Positions 35,058 through 41,540 of a stretch of 64,000 bases of DNA are shown here, in pieces. The DNA is taken from positions 103,812 through 167,811 of IMG/VR virus record IMGVR_UViG_3300044911_002386, one strand, 5' to 3'. This stretch comes from a virus. Position numbers and translations under genes: made by a program. The notes below the pieces were generated by a model. The model ran no database searches. It was not told where the DNA came from and saw nothing but the letters and a program-made list of their open reading frames with translations. Position 1 is the stretch's first letter; each line of letters starts with the position of its first letter.

Positions 35058-35765
35058 CAAGGCACCGAGCTAATCTGTTGTTAACGCACAACAGAGTCCG
35101 CTTTTGGGATTCGAACCCATAGCCCCACAGGTTGCCCTGCTGGCTCGCGGAAAGTTCCTGTACGGCAGACTTACGTCCACCGCGTCGAGTTTCAAAACTT
35201 CGCTGGCGTGTAGGAATCCACGCTGCGCAAGTCCGTCCCTCGACTCCGATGTGAACAAGGTCTTACCCTTGCCGTGCGTTCCGCTAAAATTGATCGATTC
35301 AGCGTTCCGTGGGAACGACTTATGAACCGGCCACTTTAAACGGTGAATTCTGCGGAAGTACAGAATCCAGCACAATTTGCCAATGAGCACTCTTCGGTTC
35401 GACACCCCGTGGGAGTGACTTACGAACCTAGCTCACCAACAAACTCACGTTGCTCGTCACCGCATATAAGAAGCGGCAGCGGCTTCTGCCCGGCTTGTGA
35501 CCGGATACAGAACACCGCAGCGACGAACCGCCTACTAACTAACTTGCGTTAGCGTTCGGTACACAGGCGCTCTAGAACAGCACGCCCATGTCGGGAAAAA
35601 CGCTCTTGGCGTTTTCGCGGTGGTGATTCCTCACACACCCCATACACGAATTGTGCTTTAAGCCGCACAGCCTTGTATGACAGGCTAGGCCGTTGAGAGT
35701 TTCACTCAACCCCTCCCTTTTTAACGTGGCTAGGTCCCCCACGGATGACACCTAGGGTGCCCTCA
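35058..35765 (-). ncRNA. candidate ~700-nt large structured ncRNA
   Basis: Own promoter motif; no credible ORF; more than 12 hairpins including GCAA/GTAA loops; duplicated covarying 33-nt module; TTCGAAT T-arm; 5'/3' closing stem. Confidence 0.75.
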
Positions 35766-35769
35766 TTAG

Positions 35770-35796
35770 ATATGCCGTGATTTATGCTGTTATTTA
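35770..35796 (-). promoter_or_regulatory. putative phage promoter TAAATAA-N13-GGCATAT
   Basis: Near-identical to the copy at 36444. Confidence 0.8.
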
Positions 35797-35805
35797 GATA
35801 CCCGC

Positions 35806-35860
35806 TGATAGCTAAGAAAAACCGCAAGCGCGGGGCTTTCGCCCTGCAACTTTTGGTTTC
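35806..35860 (-). terminator. intrinsic terminator followed by TAGCTATCA
   Basis: GCAGGGC-GAAA-GCCCCGC hairpin in an extended stem, T-rich tract, TAGCTATCA. Confidence 0.75.
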
Positions 35861-35876
35861 TCCCGCAGCGGGCGGA

Positions 35877-36350
35877 TTAACGACCGAACTTGTCGATCGC
35901 CGCCGCCTTGGTGATCCGGTCCGCCATGATCACCGTGCCGACCTTGGTGAACATGGGCCAACCGCCCACAACCTCGTCGAGCACGTGGGCCTCGCGGAGC
36001 GCCTGCAGCAGCGGGAACGGAATCAAGATCAGATCCACGTCCCACGACTCCTGCAGGTCGGCGAGTGCCCGCATCACCACGTAGGTGAGCACGAACACCG
36101 GCTTCACCGCCATGACCGTACCGGCGACGTTGTGGAGAGGCCCAGCCCACGGCGTCTCCGCGTCTTTGCGGTCCATCGACAGCACCTTGCTCCGCTCCTC
36201 GTCGCAGGCCGGCAGAACCGACCCGTCGACGAAGTTGAAGGGGTGCGGCGAACTGAAGTTCGCCACCCTGAGCCCGTTGCTCAGGTTGATGACCGGGGCC
36301 TCGATCAGGGTGCCCAGAACGCCATCGGAAGAAAGGATGGTCGCGTTCAT
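35877..36350 (-). CDS. hypothetical protein (GC-rich cassette gene)
   Basis: AAGGAGG RBS; VANFSSPHPFNFVDGSVLPAC. Confidence 0.8.
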   Translation of the reverse strand: MNATILSSDGVLGTLIEAPVINLSNGLRVANFSSPHPFNFVDGSVLPACDEERSKVLSMDRKDAETPWAGPLHNVAGTVMAVKPVFVLTYVVMRALADLQESWDVDLILIPFPLLQALREAHVLDEVVGGWPMFTKVGTVIMADRITKAAAIDKFGR

Positions 36351-36443
36351 ACTCTGCCCTCCTTAAGGCAAAGGCCGGATTCTGCCGGCACAGGATGTCA
36401 CCGCGTGTCAGTACACACCAACAGCTAACGGCTCCATCATTAG

Positions 36444-36470
36444 ATATGCCGTAATTTATGCTGTTATTTA
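36444..36470 (-). promoter_or_regulatory. putative phage promoter TAAATAA-N13-GGCATAT
   Basis: Third copy of the motif. Confidence 0.8.
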
Positions 36471-36478
36471 GCACTGCC

Positions 36479-36511
36479 TGATAGCTAAAAAAGGGGCCCA
36501 AGGGCGGCCCC
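36479..36511 (-). terminator. intrinsic terminator followed by TAGCTATCA
   Basis: GGGGCC/GGCCCC hairpin, T6 tract, AGCTATCA. Confidence 0.8.
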
Positions 36512-36519
36512 GAAGTCAT

Positions 36520-36807
36520 TTACTTTTTAGCTTTGGCCGCACCCTTAGCGGGTACTGGCGGCAACGCAGATACGCGGGCTATGACCTCGACTACGTCACC
36601 GAAGTCGAGGCGACCTAGAACATCGCGCGTGAGCGGCGTGTCGTACACAATTTTGTCATCACGCAGAATGGCAATTTCAAACAAACCTTTTTCATTGCCA
36701 TACGAGAATTCATGCCAGACGATGGACACGCCATAACCGTTGGCAAATTGCAGTGTGCGATGATACGCATTGCGATCGTGTCGTTCGAACTTGTCTTCAA
36801 CGATCAT
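36520..36807 (-). CDS. conserved small phage protein
   Basis: FANGYGVSIV..SYG..GLFEIAIL..YDTP..DVLG pattern; ATGA overlap. Confidence 0.75.
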   Translation of the reverse strand: MIVEDKFERHDRNAYHRTLQFANGYGVSIVWHEFSYGNEKGLFEIAILRDDKIVYDTPLTRDVLGRLDFGDVVEVIARVSALPPVPAKGAAKAKK

Positions 36808-37250
36808 GTTTTCTTAAACCTGTGCCACTTGTGCTTGCAGTCGGGGCATTCCCAATAAGCCACCCCGTCATAGTACCCGCGAATCTCAACGCCAACGATG
36901 CGCGAGAAAGACTTTGGCTTTTCTTTCGTCCAGCCATAGTTATTCGCGTGCTGCTCGATTTCTTCGTCTGTCTTGTCTTTCCAGAAAGCGTCGCCATTAG
37001 CACGCATATCTTTAAAGACTTCGAAAATATCGCCGTCGCTCCAGTTAGCGTCGCACTCGGGGCATGTGCCTTGGAAATCAGGAAGGTCTGTGTTTGGCTC
37101 AAGCGTAGCGCGGGCCATAAGTTCTTTCCTTGTCGTACGTAGGTCGAACAGCAGGCGAATAAGTTCCGACGGGCAAAGGTTTATACCTGTGTCTGTCGGC
37201 TGCTGCTGAAGAATATCGATCCATGGTTCGAGTTTGTCAACGACTGCCAT
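36804..37250 (-). CDS. zinc-finger protein
   Basis: CPEC...YDGVAYWECPDC; GGAGG RBS. Confidence 0.75.
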   Translation of the reverse strand: MAVVDKLEPWIDILQQQPTDTGINLCPSELIRLLFDLRTTRKELMARATLEPNTDLPDFQGTCPECDANWSDGDIFEVFKDMRANGDAFWKDKTDEEIEQHANNYGWTKEKPKSFSRIVGVEIRGYYDGVAYWECPDCKHKWHRFKKT

Positions 37251-37271
37251 AAACCTCCGAGAAAAAGAAAA

Positions 37272-37403
37272 GCGCGGCCCGAGAATTGCACCCGAGTGGT
37301 TTAGGTATCACTATCCAACGTATAACCCCGTTGGCAACCGCACCATTCTTTCAGGCAGCGGTTTATCGTAATAGGTTATCCCTTCCAGTCACTAGACGCG
37401 CGC
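37272..37403 (-). ncRNA. tRNA-like ~130-nt RNA downstream of tmRNA
   Basis: GCGCG/CGCGC terminal stem, TCGGG-TGCAATT-CTCGG T-arm-like hairpin, two internal hairpins. Confidence 0.45.
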
Positions 37404-37412
37404 ATAAACAAG

Positions 37413-37766
37413 TGGACCCGGCGGGAGTCGAACCCGCGTCCGGAGAAGTGCCCAGTTAAAACATCTACGTGTGTATGCCATTATCTTTCACCAACGGCCA
37501 ATGCTATCCGCACACTTAGCGGAGTCACGTGGACTACCACGATCTCGTCCGATTACTTTGCCGGACCGACGCAAGTGACTTATCACTATCAGCCTGATTG
37601 GGCGATGAGGTCCAGGCAACCCCACAAGCCACCTAACCGAGGTCAGGCAGCGAGGGCCGGAGCATAAGCGCCAGCTAGAAACTTAATCGAGTTTTAACGC
37701 GGCCTCTCGATCAACCGCGACACGCAGTCAGAACCTTCTTCCTCCCGTCGATACCAGTACGGGCCC
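37413..37766 (-). ncRNA. ssrA: tmRNA; predicted tag (A)GAYAPALAA* at 37643-37672
   Basis: 5' GGGCCCGTACTGGTATCGAC, 3' GCGGGTTCGACTCCCGCCGGGTCCA with G3-U70; PK1 CGCGG..ATCGAG..CCGCG-TTAAAA-CTCGAT; tag ends in LAA. Confidence 0.93.
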
Positions 37767-37841
37767 GTTTTAAGTGGCTGGTTGAGCAGGCAACCATTTA
37801 ACCAAGCCCAACACCTAGCGAATGCGTTGGCACCACTTAAT

Positions 37842-37913
37842 TGACCCCACGGGGACTCGAACCCCGGTTACAGCCGTGAAAGGGCCGTGTCCTAACCGCT
37901 AGACGATGGGGCC
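37842..37913 (-). tRNA. trnE: tRNA-Glu(TTC)
   Basis: GGCCCCA/TGGGGTC acceptor, CTTTCAC loop, TTCGAGT T-loop. Confidence 0.95.
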
Positions 37914-38025
37914 GTCGAAAGGGCGGGTGCCGCAGCCTTGGGCCAACTGCAGCACCCGCCCAGAACGACCTGTGAAAGTGTGCGCGACCGAGTTCCCCGA
38001 TCCTTACGCTTCACAGGTTTGCTAT

Positions 38026-38337
38026 TCAATGATAGCGTACACAAGCAAACCAGCCACGTCGACCTCGGGCAATCCCGATGTCACGAGCCGGCCGTGTTCC
38101 CCAGTAGCAGCAGTTCCGTTTGGCTGCTTCGGGAGAACTGGAGGAGTAGCCCACGCCTTCATACCCTCCGGTAGGATTGCCGTAATGGCGACACTGTCCG
38201 TCGGCCGCCATTCGCTCGGCAACGCCTTGGGCGGTGGTCGTCGTGTAAGCAGAACACTTACCGTTCGAACACACCGGGCTTTGTGCCTGCACGCTCACAC
38301 TGCACAGACAAAGAATCGTAAACAGAACGGAACGCAT
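38026..38337 (-). CDS. small secreted Cys-rich protein (minimal CAP/SCP-like, planctomycete type)
   Basis: Signal peptide; AQGVAE..H..YEGVG..NCCYWG..GWFACVRY; AAGGAGG RBS. Confidence 0.75.
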   Translation of the reverse strand: MRSVLFTILCLCSVSVQAQSPVCSNGKCSAYTTTTAQGVAERMAADGQCRHYGNPTGGYEGVGYSSSSPEAAKRNCCYWGTRPARDIGIARGRRGWFACVRYH

Positions 38338-38407
38338 ACAACCTCCTTGTTGCCCATCAGGGATGCGCCTGATGTCAGAAAAATGAAACCCCGCACCGGG
38401 CAGCAGA

Positions 38408-38695
38408 TTACCGGCGGTAGCCAGTAACCTTCTCTACCTCTGCCTTGTTTTCAATTAACAGCCAAGTCTTTGGCCGATCATCGTCAACACGGCTGAATTG
38501 TTGAAACTCCTCTTGTCTGTAGCAGTACGCTGCAGCCTCAAAGAGCCCATTATCAACGACACAGACGACGGCACAGTCTTGGCACGCGGTCAGAGCCTTT
38601 TCAGCTTCAGACTGCGTGACAACAATGCCACCGAGTCGTTCCAGGATTAAATTAGCCTTGTCCCTGGACGTGCCCGTTTCAATGTAATAACCCAT
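38408..38695 (-). CDS. hypothetical phage protein
   Basis: MGYYIE..VCVVDNGLFEAA..D.RPKTWL. Confidence 0.75.
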   Translation of the reverse strand: MGYYIETGTSRDKANLILERLGGIVVTQSEAEKALTACQDCAVVCVVDNGLFEAAAYCYRQEEFQQFSRVDDDRPKTWLLIENKAEVEKVTGYRR

Positions 38696-38704
38696 GGTCG
38701 CCCT

Positions 38705-39013
38705 TTATGTAGCGTAGTGTCGGGCCCAGTATTTCTTGCACTTCTGCACACAGGCGTCGATATTCTTGCGCCCTACCGGGTTAGCAGAGTGCACAAGAAT
38801 TTCCATCGGTGGGATTGTGCCGCGGTAGGCTCCCTCTTCAATGACACAAGCTACGTCATAACCAGTCTTGGCATCCGGATCGCCAAGATCGTGGTCAAGA
38901 GAAATGACCGTCACGCCACCCGTGCGGATTACATTAATCGCTGTAGCGGCATTTGTAATCCAGATGTCAAATTCGTCCGGCTTGGGTCGAACATCATCGA
39001 GCCACACTTTCAT
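38705..39013 (-). CDS. cyclic-phosphate-processing receiver-domain protein
   Basis: KVWLDDVR..ISLDHDLG..TGYDV..VHSANPVG. Confidence 0.8.
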   Translation of the reverse strand: MKVWLDDVRPKPDEFDIWITNAATAINVIRTGGVTVISLDHDLGDPDAKTGYDVACVIEEGAYRGTIPPMEILVHSANPVGRKNIDACVQKCKKYWARHYAT

Positions 39014-39188
39014 TCTTGTCTCGCTTTCGTGCCAGCGCCTGCTCGACCTCTTCCTTCGGGTAGAACCGCGTGAAGTCGCCCTTGATCGTTAGCACACCTC
39101 GACTCTGAATGCCCACTACCTTCCCGCCGCCGAACTCACTGCCCATCCGTATGACCGGCGTGACTGTATTGCTCGTTTCAGTCGTCAT
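38994..39188 (-). CDS. small hypothetical protein
   Basis: Start moved to MTTETS, overlapping the upstream stop. Confidence 0.55.
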   Translation of the reverse strand: MTTETSNTVTPVIRMGSEFGGGKVVGIQSRGVLTIKGDFTRFYPKEEVEQALARKRDKNESVAR

Positions 39189-39420
39189 CTGTGTTTTCTC
39201 GCTGTGCAAGGATCTGACGTGCATTTGTATAAATACTGTAGAGCACGTCCCTACTGATGGTTGGATCGTTTGCCTTAATTGTGATTTTAAAGACAGCATT
39301 ACCGTCTTTGATGTCCAGCACGCAAGGCAAGTTTTTTTCTTCCAACTGCTTTGCGATACGGACCAGATCTTTTTCTTCCAGGCTTTCGCCGATGCCGACG
39401 ACAATTTCAACGCTATCCAT
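39178..39420 (-). CDS. hypothetical protein
   Basis: GAGG RBS directly after the atypical tRNA. Confidence 0.65.
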   Translation of the reverse strand: MDSVEIVVGIGESLEEKDLVRIAKQLEEKNLPCVLDIKDGNAVFKITIKANDPTISRDVLYSIYTNARQILAQRENTDDD

Positions 39421-39433
39421 AAAGCCTCTCTAG

Positions 39434-39504
39434 TAGCCCGCCGAGGAGTCGAACCCCGCGTTGCGAGTTAATAAGACTCGCTTGCCAACCGGTTTCCGCG
39501 GGCC
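39434..39504 (-). tRNA. atypical tRNA, anticodon TAT (Ile), with U37 and degenerate D-arm
   Basis: GGCCCGC/GCGGGCT acceptor, GCGAGT-CTTATTA-ACTCGC arm, CGGGG-TTCGACT-CCTCG T-arm. Confidence 0.65.
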
Positions 39505-39508
39505 GTAA

Positions 39509-39582
39509 TAGCCGCAGAGGGACTCGAACCCCCAACCCCCTGCGTGTAAAGCAGGTGCTCTAACCAATTGAGCTATGCGGCC
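39509..39582 (-). tRNA. trnV: tRNA-Val(TAC)
   Basis: Canonical cloverleaf, TTTACAC loop. Confidence 0.95.
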
Positions 39583-39591
39583 GACTGCGTG

Positions 39592-39939
39592 TTATGCGTT
39601 GTAACCCGTACGCAGGTGACGAGTTGTATACCAGTTGTACCAGTCGATACAGCGCTGGACCCGTTTTCGGCACGAGCGTTGTATCCGGAGCCAGGGCGTG
39701 TTTAAACCGTTTTCTTTCAAGTACCTGTTGTACGACCACACAACGGCCTCGTCACTACCGCCGTCGGTTACGGCGATGTTACAAGTTTCGCAGCGGTGGC
39801 AGGGGACGTGCTTGACGGGAACCTGGTGTATTTGCCCGTCAATTCGCATACTCCATATGTCGTTAAACCAATACGCCCGCATTGTCTCACCGCATTGATA
39901 GCACGCCACAGGGCGATACTGTGCAGTATCATTCGGCAT
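39592..39939 (-). CDS. YgiT/MqsA-type zinc-finger protein lacking an HTH
   Basis: CYQCG..VPVKHVPCHRCETC; start MPNDT with GAGGAGG RBS. Confidence 0.65.
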   Translation of the reverse strand: MPNDTAQYRPVACYQCGETMRAYWFNDIWSMRIDGQIHQVPVKHVPCHRCETCNIAVTDGGSDEAVVWSYNRYLKENGLNTPWLRIQRSCRKRVQRCIDWYNWYTTRHLRTGYNA

Positions 39940-40216
39940 CGCTGTCCTCCTCATCAGGAAACATTTCGTTCCAGCATTTACCGCAAATACCGGAAATAAG
40001 GAACTCCCGTTGATCGGCTGACAACGTTGGGAAACAGTCCTGGGCAAAACCGCCTTCACGAAATTTAATAGCGGCCTCAGCGTCTAGCCGGATGGATTGC
40101 TCGGTGCCACAGTAAATACAAGGACCGGTTACGCGCAGTGTTTGTCGTTCACCAACGGCACCCCATGTTAGTGAGCAGCAACCGTCGCGAAATGCGTATT
40201 TTTTGATTAGCGACAC
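39929..40216 (-). CDS. zinc-binding phage protein
   Basis: CIYCG..QDCFPTLSADQREFLISGICGKCW. Confidence 0.7.
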   Translation of the reverse strand: MSLIKKYAFRDGCCSLTWGAVGERQTLRVTGPCIYCGTEQSIRLDAEAAIKFREGGFAQDCFPTLSADQREFLISGICGKCWNEMFPDEEDSDAE

Positions 40217-40220
40217 GCGG

Positions 40221-40403
40221 TCACTCCGTTACCTGAAAAATGTGTTTGCCGCATGTGATGCGTACCGGCGGCGCCACTCTAGCTGCCGGATCGTCAACGA
40301 CGTCGCCGTCAACGCGCACGCGGCCCTCGACAATGACCCGCCGGGCTTCGGACGTGTCGAGCACCGTGAGGTTCGATAGAATATCTACGAGAGGCATCAT
40401 CAT
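40221..40403 (-). CDS. stand-alone S4-like RNA-binding domain
   Basis: SEARRVIVEGRVRVDG..V.DP..I.CGK, resembling the TyrRS C-terminal S4 domain. Confidence 0.7.
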   Translation of the reverse strand: MMMPLVDILSNLTVLDTSEARRVIVEGRVRVDGDVVDDPAARVAPPVRITCGKHIFQVTE

Positions 40404-40434
40404 TAAGTACTCCGAAAAAAAGTAAAAAACCAAA

Positions 40435-40507
40435 TAGGAGCGGCGGGACTCGAACCCGCACTTGAAGGATTTTAAGTCCTTTGTCTCTGCCGTTGGACTA
40501 CGCTCCC
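40435..40507 (-). tRNA. trnL: tRNA-Leu(TAA) with a short variable arm
   Basis: AAGGA-CTTAAAA-TCCTT arm; 73 nt; variable region CAAGT. Confidence 0.9.
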
Positions 40508-40564
40508 AAAGAGCATTTGACGCAAGTTGTCATGGCGTAACATTTCACGTCAAATGCCTTGTTT

Positions 40565-40846
40565 TTACTCGCCGGCTAGCCAAGCCTTGTAGTTCTCCGG
40601 GCTGCCCCAGCATCCGCCCGGGGCGACGTTATAGAACCACTTCACGTAGGTTGGCAGCAGTTGCAGGTTATCAGCGTCTGCGCGTCCGCAAGCGTCGCGT
40701 AGGTCGTTGCTGATGACTGCCTGCAAGAAGTTACCGGGCGCCACGCGGTCTACAACGTACCGCGTGAGGGCTTCCTGCATGTGGAGCGGAATCTTGTCAT
40801 ACTCGCCCGTGAAGTATAGGTCGAAAAGAGGTGTTTTAGTTGGCAC
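40565..40846 (-). CDS. conserved hypothetical phage protein
   Basis: PGNFLQAVISNDL..AD..N..WFYN.AP..CWGS. Confidence 0.75.
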   Translation of the reverse strand: MPTKTPLFDLYFTGEYDKIPLHMQEALTRYVVDRVAPGNFLQAVISNDLRDACGRADADNLQLLPTYVKWFYNVAPGGCWGSPENYKAWLAGE

Positions 40847-41036
40847 TATTGTTCTCCTGCCAGACGTACCACTGCCCGTGCTCTAACTTCCACCATCGGC
40901 CCTCGTGGTACGTAATGTAGGGCTGTGGTTGGGCCTGTTGATGAATTTTAGCCGACATGCGCTGCACTCCATTTTGCAGCACAGGTTGGACGACAGGCAT
41001 AAATATTGAAACCAGAACCATAACTAACCAGTTCAT
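40836..41036 (-). CDS. small membrane protein
   Basis: MNWLVMVLV with GGAGGAG RBS; Trp/Tyr-rich C-terminus. Confidence 0.65.
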   Translation of the reverse strand: MNWLVMVLVSIFMPVVQPVLQNGVQRMSAKIHQQAQPQPYITYHEGRWWKLEHGQWYVWQENNSAN

Positions 41037-41069
41037 GTTCTCCTCCGTGAAAATGAACAATCGACATAG

Positions 41070-41143
41070 TGGACCCCCTGGGATTCGAACCCAGGACCAA
41101 CGGATTAAAAGTCCGATGCTCTAACCAACTGAGCTAGGGGTCC
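41070..41143 (-). tRNA. trnK: tRNA-Lys(TTT)
   Basis: Canonical cloverleaf, CTTTTAA loop. Confidence 0.95.
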
Positions 41144-41271
41144 AGCGTGTCACCGAGAGGCTACTCTGGGTGACAAGAGTTTTGCAAGCCCTCAAGCAGC
41201 GGCACCAAAAAGTGCCTTTGCGAGGTAGCACGCCAGCAGTACGCCAACTGCCCAGGCGCAAATTTTTTGAA

Positions 41272-41448
41272 TCATTGGCGATCACTATGAAGACAATGGT
41301 GCACAAAGCCGCCGCCAGCAGCCATGCCCGCAAACGAAAACAATAGTTGTACGTCTTGGGGGCATGACATCCCTGCGGCGTACCCAACAAGCGTGCCACC
41401 CACGACGCCAACGAACATCGCGAGTTGTCTGAAGAATCTGAGAGGCAT
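41272..41448 (-). CDS. small two-TM protein
   Basis: MPLRFFRQ with AAGGA RBS; first gene after the promoter motif. Confidence 0.6.
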   Translation of the reverse strand: MPLRFFRQLAMFVGVVGGTLVGYAAGMSCPQDVQLLFSFAGMAAGGGFVHHCLHSDRQ

Positions 41449-41499
41449 AGATTCCTTTCTGTGCTTCAGCGTTAAATGCACGCAAGAGGCGTACATAAA

Positions 41500-41526
41500 A
41501 TATGCCCGGCTAATAGAAATTATTTA
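41500..41526 (-). promoter_or_regulatory. putative phage promoter TAAATAA-N13-GGCATAT heading the tRNA/tmRNA region
   Basis: Fourth copy, same spacing. Confidence 0.7.
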
Positions 41527-41540
41527 GACGGATTTTACGA

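Noticed and set aside
35100-35120. tRNA gene at the GGGTTCGAATCCC hairpin
   Set aside because: No acceptor, D or anticodon arm at tRNA spacing; treated as a T-arm inside the large RNA
35146-35375. RNase P RNA on the plus strand (GCGGAAAGTTC ... ACAGAATCCAGC)
   Set aside because: The two segments cannot form P4 (no CGGCTT partner), and promoter and GNRA polarity favour the minus strand
35070-35552. ORFs 35070-35405(-), 35104-35325(+), 35343-35552(+)
   Set aside because: No convincing RBS or protein-like composition; the region is better explained as structured RNA
35715-35760. Pistol ribozyme (CGTGG..CCACG-TTAAA resembles pistol P1)
   Set aside because: The pseudoknot partner is upstream, and P2, P3 and the GU cleavage site were not found; a cleavage assay would settle it
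34249-36511. CRISPR array or integron attC array
   Set aside because: Repeats are separated by whole genes of 0.3-1.2 kb; no GTTRRRY/RYYYAAC boxes, integrase or cas genes
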